Below are positions 35,727 to 43,035 of a stretch of 49,803 nt of DNA, in pieces. The DNA comes from Acutalibacteraceae bacterium (GTDB taxonomy: Bacteria; Bacillota; Clostridia; Oscillospirales; Acutalibacteraceae). How positions within the stretch are numbered: position 1 is the first letter of the stretch; each line of letters opens with the position of its first letter. The stretch covers positions 1-49,803 of the forward strand of contig JAZTXU010000255.1 in the NCBI GenBank assembly GCA_045636565.1. Reading direction: 5' to 3'. The notes beneath the pieces were generated by a model. The model made no database searches and was not told the DNA's origin. It saw only the letters and a program-made list of their open reading frames with translations. Position numbers and translations under genes: made by a program.

Positions 35727-35843
35727 CTATGACACCTCCTTACACAATCTATACCAATGTGTTCTGCTTATACCTAATTGTCGGCAGCTCTCTGATACTG
35801 AAAGATGCCCCTTTTTTGTTTTTTCGAAAAATTCCGGAAAGTC
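35727..35843 (-). other. In-frame 38-codon continuation after the recombinase TAA, encoding a helix-turn-helix
   Basis: Reading on from the TAA at 35844-35846 gives DFPEFFEKTKKGHLSVSESCRQLGISRTHWYRLCKEVS then a stop. No internal start codon. Confidence 0.6.
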
Positions 35844-36599
35844 TTATTCGTCAGCCAATATAGGTTGATGTTCACCTTTAACCCAATCACCATTTTTTCC
35901 GTATTTGTAATATCCACGATATGTTTTCTCATTACCAAGAATTACTTGTACAGAGCTAATTGCCCATTGACCGCCGCTCTTATTCACATATCCATTATCA
36001 TTGAGAGCAGCTACAATTTGACGATAAGTGCTGCCGTTTTTCTTCATATCGTAAATCATTCTTACTATCTTTGCCTGTTCTTCTACAACAACCATTTTAC
36101 CGTGTTGCGCTGTATATCCGTAAGGAGTTCTGCCGCCACTGTAACCGCCTTTAGAAGATTTAACAATACGTCCTGCACTTGTACGTTTGTTAATATTATC
36201 TCTTTCCATTTCAGCTACGCAAAGTGTAAAAGCTTCAAGCATACTTGCAAAAACACCAAACTGCCCAAAATCCTCAGATATTGATATTAACTTAATATTC
36301 TTTTTGATTAAAAGCATTTTGTAGTAATAATAGATGTTAATATCACGCGCAACTCTATCACTTTTGGCAACAATAACCGCCTCATAAGGTGGATTGTTGA
36401 CATCACCATATACAATTTCGTCAAAACCGGGACGCTCTTTTGCGCCTGATTCTCCTTCGTCAGTGTACCACCTAATTATATTCATACCATTGGCACTGCA
36501 ATAATCAATAATTTGTTGCTTTTGAACATCAAGACCAAACTTATCGTCTTTACATTGACCGTCTGTTGAAACTCTAATATATCCAATTACGTTTTTCAT
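35844..36599 (-). CDS. Serine recombinase (resolvase catalytic domain plus recombinase domain, 251 aa to the TAA), possibly a nonsense-interrupted gene
   Basis: MKNVIGYIRVSTDGQ catalytic serine motif with RBS ggaggtatatt. Ends ...GEHQPILADE, where large serine recombinases normally continue. Confidence 0.8.
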   Translation of the reverse strand: MKNVIGYIRVSTDGQCKDDKFGLDVQKQQIIDYCSANGMNIIRWYTDEGESGAKERPGFDEIVYGDVNNPPYEAVIVAKSDRVARDINIYYYYKMLLIKKNIKLISISEDFGQFGVFASMLEAFTLCVAEMERDNINKRTSAGRIVKSSKGGYSGGRTPYGYTAQHGKMVVVEEQAKIVRMIYDMKKNGSTYRQIVAALNDNGYVNKSGGQWAISSVQVILGNEKTYRGYYKYGKNGDWVKGEHQPILADE

Positions 36600-36615
36600 A
36601 ATATACCTCCGCTCT

Positions 36616-36879
36616 TTACGATAACATTTTACCATTTTTACGATAACTATGTCAATATGTTTTCGTAAATTTCTTTTTTATTTTTTCAGAAATTTAAGGC
36701 AGTTAGTGAGTGGTGCTGGCGGTCAAAATACACCCCCGCCCCCGTTTCCGTCGGTGTTTCTTCATTATATAGAAAAAAATATTATAATTCTTTAATTTAT
36801 GAAAAAATTGTAAATTTACGATAAATCTTGATTTATCTATTGACATTTACGATAAATCATTTATAATAGTAATCGTAAA
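36616..36879. promoter_or_regulatory. Divergent control region: six copies of TTTACGA(TAA) plus a plus-strand promoter
   Basis: Direct copies at 36616, 36637, 36815 and 36846; inverted copies at 36663 and 36872. TTGACA (36840), 16-nt spacer, TATAAT (36862). Palindrome gataaatcttgatttatc. Confidence 0.55.
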
Positions 36880-36902
36880 ACAAATTATAGGAGGTTTTAA
36901 CA

Positions 36903-37292
36903 ATGATTAAAACAAATAGCAAAAGAGCCACAGAGAATTTACAACAGTACATTATTAACAACTTTACACCGGAGGGCTACACAGATACACCGCCGCAGGA
37001 CTGGCCCGGAATAGCAACATTTATTATTGAAACATTCAGATCTGAAAAATACAGCAGGCCGGAGGATTTCAAATATTATCATAATATTGAAATATCCGCG
37101 TTTATTGATTGGGCGCAGGGGCTGCCATCTGTGCTTGATACTTGTTACTTTTATAATAGGTCCGCTATTGACGATCTAGGCGATATATTAGAGGAAACAG
37201 AAACAGAAAAAAGCAAGCACGACGAAACAGACGCGGAACACCTTTTAACACGTTTAATTTATAGAGCTTTAATAACGGAGGTAACAAAATAA
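36903..37292 (+). CDS. Hypothetical protein (129 aa), first gene of the plus-strand small-gene operon
   Basis: RBS ataggagg. ORF is followed by tightly coupled genes. Confidence 0.7.
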   Translation: MIKTNSKRATENLQQYIINNFTPEGYTDTPPQDWPGIATFIIETFRSEKYSRPEDFKYYHNIEISAFIDWAQGLPSVLDTCYFYNRSAIDDLGDILEETETEKSKHDETDAEHLLTRLIYRALITEVTK

Positions 37293-37486
37293 TGATTTTA
37301 AAAGTATCACAAAAAACTAATAATTGCGGCTGGCGTAAACAATTAATAATTGATTTTAATAATAAAACAATCACGGCGGGCGCGTTTTTATTCCATAGCG
37401 GCGACGTTAACGACGTAACAACAAAACAATATAAACAAATAATTGATTATTTTATATATCAAGGATTCGAAAAAAGGGAGGGCTAA
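37292..37486 (+). CDS. Hypothetical protein (64 aa)
   Basis: Start overlaps the previous stop (TAATG). Confidence 0.55.
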   Translation: MILKVSQKTNNCGWRKQLIIDFNNKTITAGAFLFHSGDVNDVTTKQYKQIIDYFIYQGFEKREG

Positions 37487-37489
37487 AAA

Positions 37490-37627
37490 ATGTTAACTGA
37501 ATTATTACAGGATCTAAAAAAAGCAATATTAAACAATGATATTGCAGCACAAAAAAACATTATAAAACAATTAAACCGCGTCGGAATGGACACAGCCACA
37601 ATTAAATTATTATTAAAGGAGATCTAA
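37490..37627 (+). CDS. Hypothetical 45-aa protein (below the ORF-track cutoff)
   Basis: RBS gggaggg 8 nt upstream. MLTELLQDLKKAILNNDIAAQKNIIKQLNRVGMDTATIKLLLKEI. Confidence 0.45.
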   Translation: MLTELLQDLKKAILNNDIAAQKNIIKQLNRVGMDTATIKLLLKEI

Positions 37628-37630
37628 AAA

Positions 37631-37831
37631 ATGAAATATTATAATTTTGAAACAATGTTTATATCATTAGCTACTAAAATAGGGGACTTTTTACACGAAA
37701 ACAGTATATATTTTGAGATTTCAAAAAATGGGCGCTATTATCATTTTGAAATATTAACCGATACAGCCGGGGCTGCTGCAATAAATGACTTTTTAGACGC
37801 TAACACAATATACCATAAGGAGGCGATCTAA
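37631..37831 (+). CDS. Hypothetical protein (66 aa)
   Basis: RBS aaggag. Coupled to its neighbours. Confidence 0.55.
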   Translation: MKYYNFETMFISLATKIGDFLHENSIYFEISKNGRYYHFEILTDTAGAAAINDFLDANTIYHKEAI

Positions 37832-37890
37832 TGATAGTATTATTAATTCTATTATTACCAATATTAATTATAGCAAGCGCTACAAAATAA
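37831..37890 (+). CDS. Possible 19-aa hydrophobic peptide MIVLLILLLPILIIASATK
   Basis: RBS aaggagg 7 nt upstream. TAATG overlap with the previous gene. The terminator follows directly. Confidence 0.3.
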   Translation: MIVLLILLLPILIIASATK

Positions 37891-37894
37891 TAAA

Positions 37895-37928
37895 AACCGT
37901 CCGGAGAGATCCGGGCGGTTAATTTTTT
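37895..37928 (+). terminator. Terminator of the small-gene operon
   Basis: 10-bp stem aaccgtccgg / ccgggcggtt (one G-U pair), 6-nt loop, then aatttttt. Confidence 0.7.
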
Positions 37929-38281
37929 ATATAGTTTTACTTTTTAGCTGCACACTATTATATTTTAGTGTGTTTTTTTATTGCCCCAAATTTGCGTTTT
38001 AAGGGTTTTTATTGTTTTATAGGGTTACTCTATGCTGAAATATTAAAACCCCTTAAAATTGATTGTGGCGCATTTTACAAGGTGTTAAATTCTGTGTAAT
38101 TTCTGTATAAATCCAGTGTAAAACGCCCCAAAAACAGCCATTCAAGGCCTTCCCCTATATGCAAATTTCGGTCAAAATCAGGGCAAATTTTGTGAAACTT
38201 TTCCTTTTTTATAGAGTAGGACCGTCAAAACTTTCACTATATGCGATTTCTCGTCAAAACTTAGTATTATACAATTTTCTC

Positions 38282-38310
38282 TTGATTATACTTTTAAAAT
38301 ATGGTATAAT
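38282..38310 (+). promoter_or_regulatory. Near-consensus promoter pointing antisense into the terS-like gene
   Basis: TTGATT, exactly 17 nt, TATAAT with an upstream TGg. No plus-strand ORF lies downstream. Confidence 0.4.
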
Positions 38311-38338
38311 ATTCCAAAATATTGTATAAATTTATTCT

Positions 38339-38878
38339 TTAGTCCTCCACAATATCCGCATCAATATAACTAGCGATTTCTTCAGGAGATTTAGGCTGAC
38401 CAAGCAGTGACTCTGAGGGTTCAAGTATTACCTTTGTAGCTTCCACATAATCATACTGTGATTTCAGTATAAACATAGCCGAAATGTTATTTACCGCATT
38501 CACAAGAGCTGCCTGTTCGTAAATATCCTTTATAGCATCTTTAACACGGTCCAGATATTCGCCCTCAGGTGACTGTGACTGTATAATACGGTTTAAGTGT
38601 CTTACAGAATATCCGTACCAATTAGCAAGTCTTCTAAACGATGGTACAATTCCACGTTCAAAGCAGAAGTCGAAGTATGAAAGTGTATGCTCGGTGAGTT
38701 CCTTAATATCGTGTACGTTACAGCTATGATTTTGCGACTCTTGAAACAGTTCTGTAGATTTACCCACTACCGCAGCAATTTTCTGTCTTGACTGCGGATC
38801 ATCGGTATAATACAGTGTATTTCTTTTAGGGTTAGTTATTGCATCCTCAGGGGGAGCAATATCTCTAGGGTTTCTCAT
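38339..38878 (-). CDS. terS: Terminase small subunit-like protein (HTH; gp3-type packaging protein pattern)
   Basis: EHTLSYFDFCFERGIVPSFRRLANWYGYSVRHLNRII (HTH) and NNISAMFILKSQYDYVE resemble the small-terminase pattern ...IF.LKn.fGy.D. 179 aa. Confidence 0.55.
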   Translation of the reverse strand: MRNPRDIAPPEDAITNPKRNTLYYTDDPQSRQKIAAVVGKSTELFQESQNHSCNVHDIKELTEHTLSYFDFCFERGIVPSFRRLANWYGYSVRHLNRIIQSQSPEGEYLDRVKDAIKDIYEQAALVNAVNNISAMFILKSQYDYVEATKVILEPSESLLGQPKSPEEIASYIDADIVED

Positions 38879-38930
38879 ATAAATTACCTCCTATAATAAT
38901 TCTATCTGTCGTCTACCTATTTTTTACCTC

Positions 38931-39140
38931 AAAAACCCTCTCAAAGCTAGATATATCGTCATTTCTACATTTCTCCCTCATTTTTTACAATACATACATT
39001 TTATATAGGGTATTATATAAATGTTTAATTATCCCATATATATTATATTATTAGTAGAAATAGTAGAATAGTAGAATAATATTAAAATATCTAGATATAT
39101 CAAGGGTTTGGGGTTTCTACCTTTTTTCTACATTTCTACA
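38931..39140. repeat. AT-rich iteron cluster, candidate replication origin
   Basis: TAGTAGAA x3 in tandem (39052-39076). TTTCTAC at 38962, 39114, 39125 and 39133 in the opposite orientation. ctagatatatc at 38947 and 39091, with inverted aaaccct/agggttt flanks. Confidence 0.45.
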
Positions 39141-41563
39141 TTTGTTATTATTTCAACACAATACGGAGAATTGTTATTGATTGTTTTCCTCTTTATATAT
39201 TTACCATTATATCTTGCCAAGTACCCATTATCCGCCCATTTTTTCTTTACTGCATCGAAAGAATAGCCTTCCTTTGCCATTTCCTTCTTCAGAACAGAGG
39301 AAATAATATAGGTGCGCTCATTGTCAATGGTTCCCCAAAGCTCCCCGTAATTACTCATATAAAACTTATTTTCATTTTTAGAGAGCCAGTCAATAAGCCA
39401 TTTATAAGCTCTTACAGCAATATCAGTTTCCTCTGTGGATTTTATATACGGTGTAATATCCGCAACAGAGAGCGGGGTTTCGCCTTTAAATAAACAGTCA
39501 CAAGCAAGGTAATCTGCGAGTAATACAAGAGAAGCTGCAAGCGCCTGTTTATCTGTGGTATTAACGGAATTGAGTATTTCTCCGTTAATGGCCTGATACA
39601 TAGCCGGTAAATTGTCGCGCTCTTTCTGAATATGTTTTATATACTCAGGACCGGCAGTACCGTAGTTGTTTGCTATAAATGCACATATTGCATTACCTTG
39701 GTTACCGAAAAATTTATTGTCAATTTCAACCTCAATAACACGGTTTTTTGTACCTCCACCGCTGTTTTCTGCTGTTATAGGTTCTTCACCCGTAGATATA
39801 AATGAACAGCTCCAATAACGGTTTGGAAGGTTTTTATCGTATTTCATACGGTTTCTTTCAACACCCTCGGTAAGCTGCATAATAAGCTCATCATAGGTCC
39901 CGTAATTATTTTTAATCGTCTGCAATTCATCCCCGGCAAAAGGTAAGCTATGTAAAAACGAAACAGTTGACATAAGGGCGTTTTTCGTGGCGTTAAGAGT
40001 ACGAGTAAGCTTACCCATTTGTGGATTACCCCAAATAGACATACTTGCCATAAGCGCAACAGTTTTACCGGTTCCGGAAGTACCCCACAAATGAAACCAG
40101 AAAGGTAAACAACCACAGGGGTGAATAAGCGGAGAAGCTAAACTTGCAGCCATAACCAGACGGAAATATATATTTTTGCGTAAAGGCTTCATATAATTTA
40201 TCCAGTCAGTGAGCTCTCCGGATTTGGTTATTGCCTGATATAATGCGGCGTTTTCGTCCTCGCTGTCAAATTTCATATCACCGGTATAAGGCACGAAATT
40301 TTTACCATTCCAACCCATATGCGACGTTGAAGAATAATGCGGCAGTATATTTGCATTTAAGCGCTCTATGTCTGAGAAAAACTTAGTAAGATCATTAGCT
40401 GAAGCTGAGGTAACATTTATACCCTTATTGGCTAATTTTATTATTTTAGTTTTATTCAGAACCGTCTCTTTATCGCAAACGTATGAGCGCTGCTGTCCGT
40501 TATACATATAATGCAGCTCTATTTTGCATTCGCCGGTTTCTTCGTTTTCAAGATATGCTGCAGGAGCAAGCGGTGTAGAGGTTACAATATAGGTTTCGGT
40601 TTCTCCCGTTTTCTTATTTTTAACAACGGTACGGGATATTCCGTCAGCATCTACGGTCCAAGATTCAGTTTGTAAACTCGGAACGTCGAGCTTTTCCCAT
40701 ATTGTTTGAGGTCTGTATGGGCTGTAGGTTTCGCTGCAGCTCTGAATAGCCTTATTTATGGTTGAGCTGCGGTAATCCTCTCTTTCCCACTTTTCACGGT
40801 AAAGGGCTGATTTGCGGAAAATACTATCCATTTTATCGGGATCTTTGCCCGTCCAAAACGCCAGCATATTACACATAGCAAGGTCCGCTGAAGAATGGTC
40901 GTTATTATATGCAGACATATTACCGTTAAATAATGACGAAAAATTATAATTGCGTAGCGCCTTTGTAATGATTTCGTCTTCGGTAATATCGAAAGTAACC
41001 TGAGGCTCACTTACAGTGCTTTGGCGTTTCTGAGGACGCAGCATATATTTTTCCAAAACCTCCTCTAGGGCGGCAGGGTTTTCGCAGATCGGATAATTAT
41101 ATACCGTATTACCCGTAATGGTAACGAACCTGTTTGTAGCTCCGTCGGTATATATTTCCACACCATTATTAGGATTTTTAATATAGTATTTTTCTTTATC
41201 GTAGGTGTAGTCGGAAGTTTTAAAGATAATACGTATTCCACTGCCTGAGGGAGATTTCTCCGCATAGGATTTCATTGTTACGCAAATATCCTGTGCTGCA
41301 TCGGATAATCCGCCGTCAGAAATACAGTGGTCTATATCTATAGCAGAATAGCCGTTGCATACACGAATACCGATACCGTCAACATAACCTCCGAGCAGTG
41401 CATCCGCAGCGTAATTATATTCTTCGAAGGTATCTGTATCATTGGATTTTGCTTTTTCTATAGTACGGGGATTATACGGCACCTTTGTTTTTCTACCGTC
41501 CCGCATTTCATATTTCCACCCACACCACAGGGCGTTTGTTTTAAGTTCTTCAGGAATTGACAA
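39128..41563 (-). CDS. Primase-polymerase / helicase fusion (Prim-Pol N-terminus, DUF927/D5-type P-loop C-terminus)
   Basis: SAIDIDHC and EKSPSGSGIRIIFK (Prim-Pol). HSSADLAMCNMLAFWTGKDPDKMDSIFRKSALYREKWERE. Walker A GTSGTGKT. TTG start directly after the upstream stop, with RBS agaggtg. Confidence 0.8.
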   Translation of the reverse strand: MSIPEELKTNALWCGWKYEMRDGRKTKVPYNPRTIEKAKSNDTDTFEEYNYAADALLGGYVDGIGIRVCNGYSAIDIDHCISDGGLSDAAQDICVTMKSYAEKSPSGSGIRIIFKTSDYTYDKEKYYIKNPNNGVEIYTDGATNRFVTITGNTVYNYPICENPAALEEVLEKYMLRPQKRQSTVSEPQVTFDITEDEIITKALRNYNFSSLFNGNMSAYNNDHSSADLAMCNMLAFWTGKDPDKMDSIFRKSALYREKWEREDYRSSTINKAIQSCSETYSPYRPQTIWEKLDVPSLQTESWTVDADGISRTVVKNKKTGETETYIVTSTPLAPAAYLENEETGECKIELHYMYNGQQRSYVCDKETVLNKTKIIKLANKGINVTSASANDLTKFFSDIERLNANILPHYSSTSHMGWNGKNFVPYTGDMKFDSEDENAALYQAITKSGELTDWINYMKPLRKNIYFRLVMAASLASPLIHPCGCLPFWFHLWGTSGTGKTVALMASMSIWGNPQMGKLTRTLNATKNALMSTVSFLHSLPFAGDELQTIKNNYGTYDELIMQLTEGVERNRMKYDKNLPNRYWSCSFISTGEEPITAENSGGGTKNRVIEVEIDNKFFGNQGNAICAFIANNYGTAGPEYIKHIQKERDNLPAMYQAINGEILNSVNTTDKQALAASLVLLADYLACDCLFKGETPLSVADITPYIKSTEETDIAVRAYKWLIDWLSKNENKFYMSNYGELWGTIDNERTYIISSVLKKEMAKEGYSFDAVKKKWADNGYLARYNGKYIKRKTINNNSPYCVEIITNVEM

Positions 41564-41788
41564 TTACTTCACCTCTTTCTTTTCTAAAATTTCCAACAGT
41601 TCCTCATAATACATTTTAGAAGCAGGGAAGCCCAAGTGCTCATCCAAGGCTTTTTTCGCAGCCTGCATATCTTGTTTAAATTGGTTCTTGGTTTTATAAA
41701 ACTTACAGCCCTCGCAATCTAAACAAACAAGGATTCTGCATTTCCCATTGCTATATGCAAAACAGTCTTTATTCGTCTTTTTACGCAT
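41564..41788 (-). CDS. Cys-rich small protein (74 aa)
   Basis: ORF with CFAYSNGKCRILVCLDCEGC. Coupled to the primase gene. Confidence 0.55.
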   Translation of the reverse strand: MRKKTNKDCFAYSNGKCRILVCLDCEGCKFYKTKNQFKQDMQAAKKALDEHLGFPASKMYYEELLEILEKKEVK

Positions 41789-41793
41789 AATTT

Positions 41794-42144
41794 TTATCTC
41801 CTTATAATTTTTAAAGCTTCTTCAACGGACCTTGCGATACCGTTTTTTATACCGTATCTGTTCATTATTTCCGCAAAGAGTTTTTGTTTAGCCCTTGCGG
41901 ACCCTTTCTTCGTTTTGCATTCTATAAATGCAACATTGTTATTTTCTCCGAGAAAGAGAAGGTCCGGTGTACCTTCAATAGTACCTTGGACCGGTCTTAA
42001 ATTTATAAGCACATACTGTTTATGCTCTTTGCTCCAAACTCTTTCCCCCTGCCAAAACTTGCCTGAATTTAAGCGTAATACTATGCCGTATTCGGAAAGA
42101 GCAAGGCGGATTTCATTTTGAATGGAATGTTCGGATTTACTCAT
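41794..42144 (-). CDS. VRR-NUC domain nuclease
   Basis: GTPDLLFL ... VAFIECKTKKG (PD-ExK motif). Confidence 0.7.
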   Translation of the reverse strand: MSKSEHSIQNEIRLALSEYGIVLRLNSGKFWQGERVWSKEHKQYVLINLRPVQGTIEGTPDLLFLGENNNVAFIECKTKKGSARAKQKLFAEIMNRYGIKNGIARSVEEALKIIRR

Positions 42145-42707
42145 ACTTCATTCCCCCAACAGTCCCAACCGTCCGCATATTGTCGGGCAAAAAGCTCAAT
42201 ACGCGGCAAATCTCCAAACAGTTCATAAATAAACTTTCTTACACAGTCAGGCTTTTTGCTATGTGCCGTTCTTTCCGCCTCAAATAACTGCCTAACAGAA
42301 TTTGATTTTTTGTATTTTAACATTCTGCCTTTTGTCCCGAAAAGACATAGCTCACAGTTTTTCATAGTCCAAGCACCCAAATTTGAAATCCGTTTTCCGT
42401 TTTTTGTAACCTTCGACCAAATGAAAGCAATGGTTACATATTTAAACCCCCACGTTTTCATAAGATTTAGAGCTTCTTCAATATGCGCGTCGGTAGTCCA
42501 CATAAACAAAGCACAATCTTTGTCTGCAATTTTCCCAACGTCCCATTCTGCCATCGTAGAGGCTTTTTCTGTGTTGTAAACTTCTTCAAGTGGTCTAAAT
42601 CTATGCCCTTTGTATTTTTGTAATTCTTTGCTGCCGAAATTCCACGGCGGATCTGCATAAATTATGTTGTATTTTTTATCTGTATTAAAAATATCAACCC
42701 TCATCAT
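42141..42707 (-). CDS. MT-A70-family N6-adenine DNA methyltransferase
   Basis: IIYADPPWNF motif. 188 aa. Confidence 0.8.
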   Translation of the reverse strand: MMRVDIFNTDKKYNIIYADPPWNFGSKELQKYKGHRFRPLEEVYNTEKASTMAEWDVGKIADKDCALFMWTTDAHIEEALNLMKTWGFKYVTIAFIWSKVTKNGKRISNLGAWTMKNCELCLFGTKGRMLKYKKSNSVRQLFEAERTAHSKKPDCVRKFIYELFGDLPRIELFARQYADGWDCWGNEV

Positions 42708-42822
42708 TTACCGCCTCCAACAAAACTTCTATGGCCTCAACTAATTTTTCGTGGTGAGTGCGCCAATGTCCCCAATTCGCCAAAACTTTAGTAATATATT
42801 TTACGGCTTCCTGCGTTGTCAT
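42694..42822 (-). CDS. Possible 42-aa protein filling the gap upstream of the methyltransferase
   Basis: ATGA overlap with the upstream stop; overlaps the methyltransferase start. MTTQEAVKYITKVLANWGHWRTHHEKLVEAIEVLLEAVNDEG. Confidence 0.35.
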   Translation of the reverse strand: MTTQEAVKYITKVLANWGHWRTHHEKLVEAIEVLLEAVNDEG

Positions 42823-43034
42823 TTTAAATCACTCCAATCAAGTTTCTGTCCGCAGTTATTGCAATAACGATAATGTCTAAAGACTTTGCTCTCGCATTCA
42901 GAACAAATATATTGTAAGTCGTGTTGAAGCTTCGGCTGTTTAGACACCTGTTTTTCAAACGTATCTATAATTATTTCCATAAGTTCCTCCTGATTTTTTT
43001 CGTCTAACATTGACGAAATAACTTTTTCAATCAT
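42819..43034 (-). CDS. Zinc-ribbon small protein (71 aa)
   Basis: CSECESKVFRHYRYCNNCGQK. Confidence 0.55.
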   Translation of the reverse strand: MIEKVISSMLDEKNQEELMEIIIDTFEKQVSKQPKLQHDLQYICSECESKVFRHYRYCNNCGQKLDWSDLK

Positions 43035-43035
43035 T

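Larger units (their letters stand above)
21235..38338. mobile_element. Cargo island of about 17 kb between the terS-like gene and terL: toxin/immunity genes, secreted proteins, recombinase, small-gene operon
   Basis: No virion or replication genes. Has its own recombinase, promoters and terminators. Composition is mosaic by spot counts. Bounded by the two packaging genes. Confidence 0.6.

Noticed and set aside
35844-35846. Stop-codon reassignment (alternative genetic code) suggested by the in-frame TAA
   Set aside because: TAA is used as a normal terminator by many genes here (for example int, the Rhs gene and the repressor genes), and long ORFs are intact under the standard code. This is a local nonsense or read-through event, not recoding.
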